IMG/VR virus record: IMGVR_UViG_3300031760_000002
Coordinates: 1 to 64,000 of that record
DNA length: 64,000 bases
Direction: 5' to 3' (one strand)
Source: a virus
Taxonomy: Duplodnaviria; Caudoviricetes
The translations under genes and the position numbers were made by a program. The notes beneath the pieces were generated by a model. That model did no database searches, was not told the DNA's origin, and saw only the letters and a list, made by a program, of their open reading frames with translations. This document shows positions 46,686 to 56,378 of this stretch, one piece after another (position 1 is the first letter of the stretch; every line of letters begins with the position of its first letter).

Positions 46686-47345
46686 CTACGGATGCCCAGG
46701 AGCAAGGCGCTCGATGCACTCGAGCACGTCGTCCTCCCCAACCGCCATCGCCCAGTCGGAAGCCTGGGCGATCTCGTCCGCGAACACCGAGCAGAAGCGC
46801 GGCGTAAACGGAGCGACCCCGCTTTTGAAGGTGTCGACCTTCTTGCTGAGGCGGGCGAGGATGTCGGGGACAACCTCGCTCTTGGGGCAGTCCGGGGAGA
46901 ACCTCTTGTTCCGCCCCGAGAGCCAGTACTTGACCGGCTTCTCGATACGGGAGGGACCCCAGACGGGGCATCCTTCGTCTGCCTCCACCAGGAGCTGGTG
47001 GAGCGGGGACACGAGGCCGGACTCGTCGTATTCCTTCTTCATGTGAAGGAGGATGGCGAGCCCCATCTCGTCGTCGACCTCGGACCGGATCGGCAGAAGC
47101 GCCGAATCCTCGTCAAGGGCGACGAGGGCCGCACGCGGGTGTTCGTCCCGGGTGAACCCAGCCCTGCCGACGCCGATGTCGTGGAGCGCAATCGCGAGAT
47201 ACTCGCGGTCGTCGAGCTCCCGGCCGACAAGGCACCGGGCAGACGCGAGCACGTCGTTGAGGTGGCGTACTCCGCGGCCGTTGGGCGCCTCCCAGTACAG
47301 GGGGACGACCACGGTCCGGACGAACAGGATGAGTTGTTCGTCCAT
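46686..47345 (-). CDS. HD-domain phosphohydrolase
   Basis: RH...V, LHDIG, H, H, EAD motifs; ATG 5 nt after TATAAT. Confidence 0.75.
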   Translation of the reverse strand: MDEQLILFVRTVVVPLYWEAPNGRGVRHLNDVLASARCLVGRELDDREYLAIALHDIGVGRAGFTRDEHPRAALVALDEDSALLPIRSEVDDEMGLAILLHMKKEYDESGLVSPLHQLLVEADEGCPVWGPSRIEKPVKYWLSGRNKRFSPDCPKSEVVPDILARLSKKVDTFKSGVAPFTPRFCSVFADEIAQASDWAMAVGEDDVLECIERLAPGHP

Positions 47346-47351
47346 ACTTTA

Positions 47352-47378
47352 TTATAACACTGGAATGGCCGTTTTTCA
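47352..47378 (-). promoter_or_regulatory. phage promoter motif (variant)
   Basis: TGAA-N15-TGTTATAA. Confidence 0.55.
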
Positions 47379-47433
47379 GCCAGTTCGACAGGTAAAAAAG
47401 GGATTGGCCGAAGCCTTGGATGGGAAAAATAAG

Positions 47434-48441
47434 TCAGCCCCGAGGCCTCTCCAGCCACCCTCCGCTAGACCTTCTGTTCGGATGCACCTTGTGCACGACG
47501 TCCGTTCCGTCGATCCTGTACCCGTGGTATCCAACCTTGGAGCCGACACGGGCCTTCAGGATCTTTCCAAGCTTCGTGTTGTTCGAGATCCTCACACGCC
47601 GACCGTCGTCCAGGCGGATCACGATCTCGTCGTGGTTCTCGGTCTTGTCCGGCGTGTACGACTCAACCTCTCCCTCGCCGGACTCCCAGGTCTCGCGGCG
47701 CCTTCCTCCGAGAAGACGCCTGGCGTTCTCCTCGTTCGTCACACCGAACAGCTCCCTGGACTTCTCGTCAGAAAGCCTCTTCTGCTCATCCGACATCAGC
47801 CTCCAGTTTCTGACTATCCTTTTCAGCTCTTCCTTGGTCGGTTCCCTGTGCACCAATTCAATTCCGGTGTCGGAACGCCACCTGTGAACGGGATCCTTCG
47901 CCAGCCTGTCTGCGACCTCATCGCCGAGGTTCTTCCTAATCTGGTCGATCGTCCACGGAGGCTCGTACGCCTGGGCCTTCTTGTTCAGCTGGTCCGACAT
48001 GTATTCCGCGAACAGCTCCGAATCGAACTTCTTCTTAGGGGTATCCGGTGGATACGTGTCCAGGTACGGCGTTGTGAAGTTTTCCTCCCTTGCCTTCGCC
48101 AGTGAGCCCCGGATGAGCCTCTTCACCTTCGCCTTGCGGCTCTGATTGTGCCACACCTCGTGGGCGAGCTCGTGCGCGATGAGGCGCCGGCGGAACTCCG
48201 CCTGCGTCATTCCATCGATCCCGAACCGCTTCATGACGGGGCCCATATTCGGATTGATCCTGACCGTGCCGTCGTCAACCCAGCTTCCGCCCGTCTCATC
48301 GTCGTCGAAGTCATACGACCTACTGCCGTCGATGTACACGGGATGCTTCGACCACTTCATCCGCATGTGCGAGAGGTCCACGCCGTACCTGTCGCGGTAG
48401 ATCTGTACGATCTTGTCGAAGTCTGACGACTTTGCTGCCAT
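47434..48441 (-). CDS. multi-domain protein with HExxH zincin-like domain
   Basis: IAHELAHE...ELFAE, then two further small domains. Confidence 0.65.
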   Translation of the reverse strand: MAAKSSDFDKIVQIYRDRYGVDLSHMRMKWSKHPVYIDGSRSYDFDDDETGGSWVDDGTVRINPNMGPVMKRFGIDGMTQAEFRRRLIAHELAHEVWHNQSRKAKVKRLIRGSLAKAREENFTTPYLDTYPPDTPKKKFDSELFAEYMSDQLNKKAQAYEPPWTIDQIRKNLGDEVADRLAKDPVHRWRSDTGIELVHREPTKEELKRIVRNWRLMSDEQKRLSDEKSRELFGVTNEENARRLLGGRRRETWESGEGEVESYTPDKTENHDEIVIRLDDGRRVRISNNTKLGKILKARVGSKVGYHGYRIDGTDVVHKVHPNRRSSGGWLERPRG

Positions 48442-49377
48442 TTATAACCCCGCCATTCCGCTTTCGCCAATCGAAAGATATCTTTTTATTTCTGGTTCTA
48501 TTAGATCTTTATACTCCGGATGCCTGTGCATAATTTTAGCCAAACGCTGTACAGGAGAAAGATCGTACACAAAATAATCAGGGTTATTTGTCATTAAAGC
48601 AGTTAAGTTCAAAGCGCCTTGATTGTCCATGCCAAGGCCAGCGGCAGCCGTCTGCTTAAATATACTATCAGGAACCGGAACTCTCCCGCCGTTCTCTATA
48701 GATGCCAGTCTTATAGGATAACTTTCAGGTTGTAAGAATACACGACTGTGCTTATCCGCGTATCTAGCTGGAATGACTGCTTCAAATGACGAATCCCTCA
48801 ACCCACCGCTCGGGCTCATGGACAGTCTAGGCGTATCTCCAACCCAGTCAACACTACTCAGCTCTGATATTTTATCGGAATTCCTTAGTACTAGTTTTGT
48901 CCTTGCTGCCTTTGCTTTGCTTGGTGTTGAACTTGCATGTCTAACGGCGTCCATGGCTGAAAAATCCCTACTAAGCGATTCAGCCCCTGACATTAATGGC
49001 TTATACCCGGATACGTCAGTCATAGTAAGGAATTTTCCATACGAATGAGCCTCATCAGGAAACGGAGTATAGTGTTCATACCTAACACCGTTGTGTATAT
49101 TGCGCTTAAACGTTCCGGCGGCTGGAGTCTGGTGCGCATGCGCGGGAAGAGCATTGCTACCCCTGAACATGGTGAACTTCGGCCTGCTCTTAAACAAATC
49201 TGAGAATTTCACCTTTCTCAGACCGTTTTCTTTAAGGTTTTTTATTAGTTCTATAACAGTTTCTCTGGATGTTGGTAACTTAAGTTTAGCATATTTTAGC
49301 ATTCCATCCGCCACACGCAACGGAACGCCGTGCTCGGCGCATTTCGTCAGAAAACCCTGTCTGTATGCGTCCGTCAT
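48442..49377 (-). CDS. low-GC putative virion-packaged protein, possibly ADP-ribosyltransferase-like
   Basis: Start MTDAYRQGFLTKCAE; MFRG...YTP...A.SYG...FEAVI pattern; visibly AT-richer than flanks. Confidence 0.5.
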   Translation of the reverse strand: MTDAYRQGFLTKCAEHGVPLRVADGMLKYAKLKLPTSRETVIELIKNLKENGLRKVKFSDLFKSRPKFTMFRGSNALPAHAHQTPAAGTFKRNIHNGVRYEHYTPFPDEAHSYGKFLTMTDVSGYKPLMSGAESLSRDFSAMDAVRHASSTPSKAKAARTKLVLRNSDKISELSSVDWVGDTPRLSMSPSGGLRDSSFEAVIPARYADKHSRVFLQPESYPIRLASIENGGRVPVPDSIFKQTAAAGLGMDNQGALNLTALMTNNPDYFVYDLSPVQRLAKIMHRHPEYKDLIEPEIKRYLSIGESGMAGL

Positions 49378-49784
49378 CCCTTGTTCCAGCCTTCCCACCC
49401 GTACTTGTCGGTCCATTCGGTCAGCTTGTACGACAGCTTCTTCAGGAAATACCTCCTCGGCCTCCACCACGGATATTTCTTCCTGGCCAGCTTCCTGACG
49501 TTCTTTCCCAGTACAGCGTTCGCCTCGTGGAACTTCTCCTCGTTTCCGCCCTGGAAGAAGTCCATGTCATGTATCTCGACCGCCTCCAGGACATCCTCAA
49601 GAAGCCAGGACAGTATGTCCCTCAGGGCCTCTGGCCACCGGTCCGGACCTATCCCGTTATACTGCTCTATCAGGACCTCGTCCGGATATTTGTACAGAAC
49701 GTACGTGTGGTCCAACCCGTAATTGGACGCCGACTCCCTCAGTTCGAGGGCCGTCGGAAGCGATTTTGCCTCTACCTCAGCCAT
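49374..49784 (-). CDS. hypothetical phage protein (NGxGP/HD motif)
   Basis: NGIGP...IHD..F..G...F..AN. Confidence 0.65.
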   Translation of the reverse strand: MAEVEAKSLPTALELRESASNYGLDHTYVLYKYPDEVLIEQYNGIGPDRWPEALRDILSWLLEDVLEAVEIHDMDFFQGGNEEKFHEANAVLGKNVRKLARKKYPWWRPRRYFLKKLSYKLTEWTDKYGWEGWNKG

Positions 49785-50097
49785 TTTTCGTGAACCTAGC
49801 CTTTATCTTGGAGAAAAATCTGCGAATCGCGCACCAGATGCATCCGCGTACGGTCAATTCCTGGACGGACACTACTATCTTCTCCGGAAATTCGGTTATC
49901 CTGACGAACCCGGCGTTCCTTACGGCCCGTCTGACCCGTTTCCTGAGCGCATCGGGCCCTATCCTGTCTCCGGTCTCTTCGCCGTATACGTGGGCGCACT
50001 CGTCCCACGACATCCGGCAGCACTCGTGCATACCGTTGAACTTCAGGAGGAAATCGCGCTTCCTCTCGCGTTCCGTTATGAAAAAGTCGGATACCAT
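49777..50097 (-). CDS. hypothetical protein
   Basis: 106-aa ORF in the operon tiling. Confidence 0.5.
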   Translation of the reverse strand: MVSDFFITERERKRDFLLKFNGMHECCRMSWDECAHVYGEETGDRIGPDALRKRVRRAVRNAGFVRITEFPEKIVVSVQELTVRGCIWCAIRRFFSKIKARFTKNG

Positions 50098-50101
50098 CGC
50101 G

Positions 50102-50884
50102 CTAGTTCGGTACGGCCTTGTCTATGAGATCCTTCAAGACGTCCTTGATGGTCTGTATGTCCTGCTCCACGATGTCGAGCCTCGTCTCCGCGGAGTTGAA
50201 TTTGACGACCACGTACTCCTGCAGCGTCTTTATGGCCTGTTCGTCGGTCACAAGCCTGGTGGTGAGGTCCAGCAGCGACACGGACGTCCTTGCGAGCGTC
50301 GTCTTCACGTCGTCCAGGAGGAGATTGTTCCTGTCCAGGTCGGACGATACCTGCGACAGCGTCGTCTCCATGCCGTCTATGTCGGACTTTATTCCAACTA
50401 TGTCGCTTCGTATGGACGACATGCCGTCGTTCAACGACCCTATGGCCTCGGTTGCGGACTCCAGTCCGGTTCCAAGGCTCGATATGTCGGACCTGGCCTC
50501 GGACAGGGATGCGTTCGTATCCGACAGCGACTCGGCTAGCGCGGCTATCGAAGACGTCTCCGACTCGTGGTTGGAGTCTATCTGGTTCTGCAGGATGTCG
50601 TCCCTTTCCGACGACTGCCTCCGGTCCTCGTCGACCGTGTCGGACAGTGACGACAGCCCGTTCTTCAGTTCCAGGTCCGCCTCCCTGCGCTCCTGGATTT
50701 CTTCGTCGAGCCTCTCGCTTACGCCCTTCGCATCCCTGAGATCGTCGTCAAGGCAGGAAAAGTCTATCTTCCCGTTACCGTCGAGCATGACCAGCTTTTT
50801 CGCGTCCGCCGGACCGCTGCTTACGGCCGTTGATCCGCGAACCCCCTGGAACATGCCCCCTATCGGCTTGAAATGTCCGTCCAT
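50102..50884 (-). CDS. coiled-coil fibre-like protein
   Basis: Long S/D/L heptads; N-terminal SSG.AD..K.V.LD.NGKID motif; start MDGHFK. Confidence 0.65.
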   Translation of the reverse strand: MDGHFKPIGGMFQGVRGSTAVSSGPADAKKLVMLDGNGKIDFSCLDDDLRDAKGVSERLDEEIQERREADLELKNGLSSLSDTVDEDRRQSSERDDILQNQIDSNHESETSSIAALAESLSDTNASLSEARSDISSLGTGLESATEAIGSLNDGMSSIRSDIVGIKSDIDGMETTLSQVSSDLDRNNLLLDDVKTTLARTSVSLLDLTTRLVTDEQAIKTLQEYVVVKFNSAETRLDIVEQDIQTIKDVLKDLIDKAVPN

Positions 50885-50886
50885 GG

Positions 50887-51342
50887 CTACCTCACCATCC
50901 TTGAAGGCACCAGGACATCTCCGATCCCTATGCCGTGCTTGTCGCAAAACCCGTACGGAAGCTCGATGGCCGAAACTGAAGCCGATTTGGTCCTCGGATA
51001 CAGGTTCTTTCCATCCTTGTCGAGAGCCATCGCCGTCTTTTCAGTTATGCGTCCGTCGGAATCGACGTAGCACAGGTCGAGAGGAAACTCCACGTCCTTC
51101 ATCCAAAACGGGCCGTGGCAGTCGAAAAACATCCCGTCCATCTTTCCGATCGACGCCCTCTTCGAAAACCCGATCCTGCGAAGCTCCGGCGTATTCGCTA
51201 TCTCCACGAAGGCGGCGCACTTGGCCTTGCCGGTCTTGCCGTCGTGGATTCGCATAACCACCTTCTTCGGAAGATCACCCTCCGATTCGACCTTCGTACC
51301 GACCGCGTGCACGCGTTTTACCATCCGAGACCGCTTGTCCAT
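50887..51342 (-). CDS. DUF192 domain protein
   Basis: VEIANTP..R..G...R...GM.F...FWMK.V.FPLD...D..G.I...IELP.G. Confidence 0.85.
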   Translation of the reverse strand: MDKRSRMVKRVHAVGTKVESEGDLPKKVVMRIHDGKTGKAKCAAFVEIANTPELRRIGFSKRASIGKMDGMFFDCHGPFWMKDVEFPLDLCYVDSDGRITEKTAMALDKDGKNLYPRTKSASVSAIELPYGFCDKHGIGIGDVLVPSRMVR

Positions 51343-51536
51343 CAGGATTTAGCCTCCCTAAGCTCCCTGACGCGGCCGGCAAGGTACTTCCATACGGCCG
51401 CCTTCTTTTCCAAGGCGATCCTGCTGCGCAGTTTTTCGCCTTCTTCCCTGGCCGTCTTCACCAGCTTTCTCTTGAATACGGCCAGCTGTGCCTTTTTTAC
51501 GAGCTCCAACCCGCTATTTTTTCTTGAAACCGTCAT
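51342..51536 (-). CDS. small basic protein
   Basis: 64 aa, TGATG overlap. Confidence 0.5.
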   Translation of the reverse strand: MTVSRKNSGLELVKKAQLAVFKRKLVKTAREEGEKLRSRIALEKKAAVWKYLAGRVRELREAKS

Positions 51537-52215
51537 CGCTTCTGTCCCTCAATGCCACGACGAGCCCTTTTTTAAGGATGTCCTCGTCCACGTTCTTCAG
51601 ATCCTTGAGCGAATCAAACTGCTTTGCTATGTCGTCGACGTTTTCCATCAGGTACCCTTTCAAGGCGGCCCCGTTCTCCTTCGATACAAGGCCCTCCGCC
51701 ACGTCCTTGATGGTGACGTCGTCCTCGAACACAAGGTCGAACACGGCCGGGAATCCGTTCTTGCCATAACCGTCGTTCTCGAGTATCGTCCTGCAATACG
51801 CCTTTATGGTCGGGCTGAATGGAAGCATGTCCCTGTTCATACCGACCTCGGCTACGCCCCATGCGGCTTCCTCGACCGTAACCGGATCGAACGAGCCGAA
51901 GAACGGGTCTCCGCTGGAAAACGCGTTGCATACGGCCATGAACGAATCGATCCTGTTGAAGAACGAATCCCCCGTCATGACGACCTGTATCGCGCTCCAG
52001 CGGTCCATAACCTGGGGAACCGGGTCGACCGAAAAGTCGGCCTTGATCTCCAGCGCCACCGTCAGCGGATCCCAGAAGTACGCATCGTCGCCATATTTGT
52101 CACGAACTATGGCGTGCACTACCGTCGCCATCGTGTTGGCGGACGTGAGAAGGTCCTGCCGGACCGCGAACGGGTCAGACAGGTCGTTGCCGAATTGCTG
52201 GAGGAACGGATCCAT
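51514..52215 (-). CDS. hypothetical protein (putative structural module)
   Basis: 233-aa acidic ORF. Confidence 0.7.
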   Translation of the reverse strand: MDPFLQQFGNDLSDPFAVRQDLLTSANTMATVVHAIVRDKYGDDAYFWDPLTVALEIKADFSVDPVPQVMDRWSAIQVVMTGDSFFNRIDSFMAVCNAFSSGDPFFGSFDPVTVEEAAWGVAEVGMNRDMLPFSPTIKAYCRTILENDGYGKNGFPAVFDLVFEDDVTIKDVAEGLVSKENGAALKGYLMENVDDIAKQFDSLKDLKNVDEDILKKGLVVALRDRSDDGFKKK

Positions 52216-52247
52216 GGCGATTCCGCTGTCAATAGGGATCGTGAAAA

Positions 52248-53525
52248 CTAGTCCGCGTACAGTTCAATGGCCTTGCGAAGGGCGTTCAGGTCGCGCTCCG
52301 GAAGCGCCTTCAGGGCCTTCCCGAGCTTCTTCACGTCGATCACGTCGGCTTCCTCCGAATCGCCGTGCTCTGGGCATTCGGCGTCGTCGCACTTCGGGTC
52401 CTTGCACTCCTCCTCGCACTCGGCCGGGTCGCACTTCTCCTTCTCCAGCATGTCGCCCACGCCGAACCCGCCATCGACAAGCTCCGGCATTCCTCCGGAG
52501 ATCGTGATTTTCATCACGCCGCCAGGCACCTTCTTCGTGATCCTGGCAACCTTGCCGGACGCAATAGGCGTTCCGCGGATCATGTCACCGAAGTCGTCTC
52601 CAAGGGCGTCGGTGAACAGGTCGAGCGGAAGACCGGCCAGCTTCGTGATGCTGAACACATGGTCGCCCATGCGGATGGAATCGTCAAGCATGGCCTGCGC
52701 CTCCTTGATGCTGCGGCCGTGGAACACCTCCGCCGGCGAGTGGAAGCGCGTGCCGTAGGCGTCGTCGAACCCGTTTAGCCGGTCGAACCCGTCCAGTATG
52801 CCGGCCACCTTGTCCATGTCTCCGACATACCCCTTCATAGGCCGGGACAGCAGGGCCTGCATCACGTCGGCCAGGGCGGACGCCATCTTCAGGTTGCCCC
52901 TGTTTCCGGCGGCCCGGACCCTGTCGGCCAGCTGCGCCGCCACGAACTCCCTCATCTGGAACCCTTCCCCGGATTCGGCCCTGACCCTGTCCGAAGGCTG
53001 TATCCCGTACTCCGCGCACTTGGTGAAGATCCTTTTCGCGATCTCCTTCCTCATCGAAGGCGGGTACTTGAACGCGTTGTCGTCGAAATACGAGCACGCC
53101 AGCTTCACGCCGCGCGCATCGAACATCGGGTATTTCTTCTCTGCAGGCCACCCGTAGTTGGATTCGTCGTCAGCCGCGGATTTCACGGCGGGCTTGGCGC
53201 GGAGCCTGGACATCACGTCGTCGACCTCCTTCCGGATGCCGTGCTTGTCCGCCGCAAGCTTTATGACGGATTCGACGTAGTCCTTCATGGTCTTGGTTGA
53301 ATAGTTGTCGTTCTCCGCCGTCTTCGCGAAGTACGCCGCCGACAACCACGTATTGGCCTTGGTGTCTATCGGGTATCTCCTGTTCGTACGGTCTGCGAAC
53401 AGCGAATCGGGCAGCTTCTCTGCCGCCTCCTTCGACAATATCTTGGCGTTGTTCACATAGTCCGGCACGCCGTCCTTGCAGACGTGGTACAGGGTTGCTC
53501 TGAGGTTGTCTTCGGTAATGTCCAT
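52248..53525 (-). CDS. putative virion/head-associated protein
   Basis: 425 aa; duplicated (F/Y)A/GW...YP...A..YF module; many KxA motifs. Confidence 0.6.
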   Translation of the reverse strand: MDITEDNLRATLYHVCKDGVPDYVNNAKILSKEAAEKLPDSLFADRTNRRYPIDTKANTWLSAAYFAKTAENDNYSTKTMKDYVESVIKLAADKHGIRKEVDDVMSRLRAKPAVKSAADDESNYGWPAEKKYPMFDARGVKLACSYFDDNAFKYPPSMRKEIAKRIFTKCAEYGIQPSDRVRAESGEGFQMREFVAAQLADRVRAAGNRGNLKMASALADVMQALLSRPMKGYVGDMDKVAGILDGFDRLNGFDDAYGTRFHSPAEVFHGRSIKEAQAMLDDSIRMGDHVFSITKLAGLPLDLFTDALGDDFGDMIRGTPIASGKVARITKKVPGGVMKITISGGMPELVDGGFGVGDMLEKEKCDPAECEEECKDPKCDDAECPEHGDSEEADVIDVKKLGKALKALPERDLNALRKAIELYAD

Positions 53526-53540
53526 CGTGGCCCTTTCGAT

Positions 53541-53569
53541 TTGACTGCAAAAAGGATTTCGGGTAGTAT
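53541..53569 (+). promoter_or_regulatory. sigma70-like promoter
   Basis: TTGACT-N17-TAGTAT upstream of the plus-strand operon. Confidence 0.5.
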
Positions 53570-53591
53570 GTGACTCGTTTTACAACAAGCC

Positions 53592-56378
53592 ATGAATGTA
53601 GATCCAGATACCTTTCTGCGGCATTTCGATTTCAGTATACGAAATCCTCTTCCGGGAGTCAACGCCCGAAAGAGGTACACCTGCCCCCTCCACCAGGATT
53701 CCGACTGCTCGCTTACCATATACGACGGGACCGACACCGTGTTCAAATGCGTCCACCCGGCCTGCGGGTTCATGGGCGACGCGGTGTCCCTCGTGGCCCT
53801 TTCAAGGAAGATCACGTTCAGGGCGGCGATAGACCTGTTCCGCCCTGGAGGCGAGTTTTCCGATTGCGTGCGCGGGCCCCTTCGGACGGAGGACATAGAC
53901 TCGTACATAGAGAACGCCGGGTCGCAGGCGGAGCTGAAAACGTACCTGGCGCGCTGCAGGAGGGCCCTCAAGCAGTCCCCGGAAAAGGCCAGGATACGGC
54001 CCGGCATGTCGGTTACGTCCGCAAAGCTGCTCCACCCCTGCGTAGGGCTGTTCCTGGAATCAGACGTCCCCAAGCCGCTTGCGGAATTCACGAAACCGAA
54101 ATACAGGGGCGCGTGCTTCATACTGTACCCGTACACGAAGGACGGAGACGTAACCAGGATAGACGTCGTCGATTCGAACAACCCGGTGTTCAGGAGAACC
54201 GTCGTCGTTACGCATCCGAGCCTCGGCGTGTTCGGGGAAGAACTGCTGGACCTGAGGGTCAGAACCATAATGGTCGCGGACCGTCCCGAGGCCGCGTGCG
54301 CCATGTACTCAACCTGGATGCAGACAAGGGCCACGAAGCCGGCCATAGTGTCATTCCATGGATATCCTCTTCCAGAATCGTTTTCTGACACGAAGAGCAT
54401 AGCGGTTGTTTCGACGGTCGACTCCGACGCATCGGACGAATACCTCGTACGAATGATGTCGGCCCCGGAGATCGTAAGGGGGAAGAACCCGTCGGTCAAG
54501 GTGGCCAAGATACAGAAGAAGGCCGTCGACGTGTCCGTAACGGAGCTGGAGCTGATGTCGGAGGGGAAGCTCCGCGCGGCAAAGCCGCTGCACGAGCATG
54601 TCTCGATACGACTGCTCGACATGGCCAGGCACGGGCAGGAGCAGGAGATCGTCGGGCTGCTGGCGAAGGAGCAGACGCCGATCATAGCGAGAAGCATACT
54701 GAAATCGTACCTGGAGAAGCTGGCGTCGGAGAGGCCCGGAGACGGGCTTCTGGTGGAGCGGCTGTGCGAGGCGATGTCGTCTGACCGGATGATGCTGTCC
54801 GGCGACATCGTCCTGGCGAACGGGAGGTCGATCCACATGGGGTCCACCGAGCTGTCCGGGCACGGCGCCAGGGGAATATGCGTCCTGTGCAACGTCGGGC
54901 TGTCCGTGGAATCGAAGATCGTATCGTACGACGGGAAGACCATCTACGTGTGCTCCGTGGCGTGCTCGGACGGGTCTCCGTCCGTGTCGGTCAGGATTCC
55001 GGACGACGCGGCCTGCAAGGTGTCGTCGTTGCAGTCGATAGTCGTCAAGGCGTTTTCCGAGCGCGGATACAACCCGTACATAGCGTTCTATTCCGTGCCG
55101 GGGTATTCGTGGCCCGACATACTGTCGAAGCTGTCGGAGCATTGCCAGGTCAAGAAAGAGGTCAACGAACTCGGCCTCGATTCCGCGTCCGACATACAGC
55201 TGCCGGAAGTCACGGTGCATGCCAACGGTGAGGCTTCCAGGCAGGAGAGGGTGTTCACGATGCCGGACGACGTACTGAGGGTCTACGCCGGGATACCGTA
55301 CGAAACCGACGCGACATGCGAGCCGTACGAACGCCTCGTGGCCAGGTGCGACAACATGTACGTCGCCGCGTTCGCGCTAGGCGTGTTCCACGTGGCGTAC
55401 CAGATGGTATACGGCATGTTTAGGCCGGATGTGGTCAAAAGCCACATGATGAGGCATTTCTTCTATGTTGAAACGGAGCCCGGGATCTGGGGAAGGGTGT
55501 TCAAGCAGGTAGCCGACCTTTTCTCCGGCAACGACTACACGCCGACCGTAAACTACTCGGACCCGATGAAGACGTTCAGGGACTACGGGAAGCTTGGGTG
55601 CCTCCCCCTCATAGCGTACGTCCCCACCATAGGAAACAAGCTCTCGGCGGCCCTGGATTCCACCAAGGTGGACCTCCTCGGGATAGCGGACACGTCTACG
55701 GCCGTCATGATGAACGGCAAGCTCTCCGCCGTGTACGTCACCCCGTCGTACGACGCGCCCATGGACCGGGGAATCATAGGCGGGCAGGACATAGACTCGC
55801 TCAGGAACTCGTTCGTCCCGTTCATTTCAAGGTTCATAAGGGAGGCCAGGATAGACACGGCGTTCAGGTCGTCGTCCGTCCCGTGCATATCCGTATACGA
55901 CAAATGCTGCAGGATGTTCGGGATCGAAAGGTCCCAACTCGTCGACAGCATAGCCAAAAACTACTTCCCCGGCGTGGGGATGACAGGGTTCACGGTCTTC
56001 TGCGACCTGGTACACAGGAGCATAACAGAAGACGCCAGCCCGAGGATCACGGTAGTGGACGGAGCCCCGCAGCGCGGATACAGCTTCACGAGGAGGGGGC
56101 AGCACGTGTTCGTAATGCGCGACTGCGTAGTTATAAGCCACATGGTGGTCGACATGCTGAACCAGTCCGCCAGGGGAAAATACAAGTTCGACGTCGAACA
56201 GCTCACCGACGAAATGGAAACGACGGGCATGCTTGCGGCGATGCCAGACCTCGGAATAGACGAATCCAGGTGCTGGTGCATATCCAGGGAGACATGGGAG
56301 ACCAGGATGGTAAGGCCTCCGATAAACCTTGCCGCTGAAGTGACGAACGGAACAATAGGACTAAAGCCACTGAAATGA
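53592..56378 (+). CDS. large protein with N-terminal CHC2-type primase zinc finger
   Basis: CPLH...FKC...C...GD at the N-terminus; no clear catalytic TOPRIM or Walker motifs. Confidence 0.65.
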   Translation: MNVDPDTFLRHFDFSIRNPLPGVNARKRYTCPLHQDSDCSLTIYDGTDTVFKCVHPACGFMGDAVSLVALSRKITFRAAIDLFRPGGEFSDCVRGPLRTEDIDSYIENAGSQAELKTYLARCRRALKQSPEKARIRPGMSVTSAKLLHPCVGLFLESDVPKPLAEFTKPKYRGACFILYPYTKDGDVTRIDVVDSNNPVFRRTVVVTHPSLGVFGEELLDLRVRTIMVADRPEAACAMYSTWMQTRATKPAIVSFHGYPLPESFSDTKSIAVVSTVDSDASDEYLVRMMSAPEIVRGKNPSVKVAKIQKKAVDVSVTELELMSEGKLRAAKPLHEHVSIRLLDMARHGQEQEIVGLLAKEQTPIIARSILKSYLEKLASERPGDGLLVERLCEAMSSDRMMLSGDIVLANGRSIHMGSTELSGHGARGICVLCNVGLSVESKIVSYDGKTIYVCSVACSDGSPSVSVRIPDDAACKVSSLQSIVVKAFSERGYNPYIAFYSVPGYSWPDILSKLSEHCQVKKEVNELGLDSASDIQLPEVTVHANGEASRQERVFTMPDDVLRVYAGIPYETDATCEPYERLVARCDNMYVAAFALGVFHVAYQMVYGMFRPDVVKSHMMRHFFYVETEPGIWGRVFKQVADLFSGNDYTPTVNYSDPMKTFRDYGKLGCLPLIAYVPTIGNKLSAALDSTKVDLLGIADTSTAVMMNGKLSAVYVTPSYDAPMDRGIIGGQDIDSLRNSFVPFISRFIREARIDTAFRSSSVPCISVYDKCCRMFGIERSQLVDSIAKNYFPGVGMTGFTVFCDLVHRSITEDASPRITVVDGAPQRGYSFTRRGQHVFVMRDCVVISHMVVDMLNQSARGKYKFDVEQLTDEMETTGMLAAMPDLGIDESRCWCISRETWETRMVRPPINLAAEVTNGTIGLKPLK

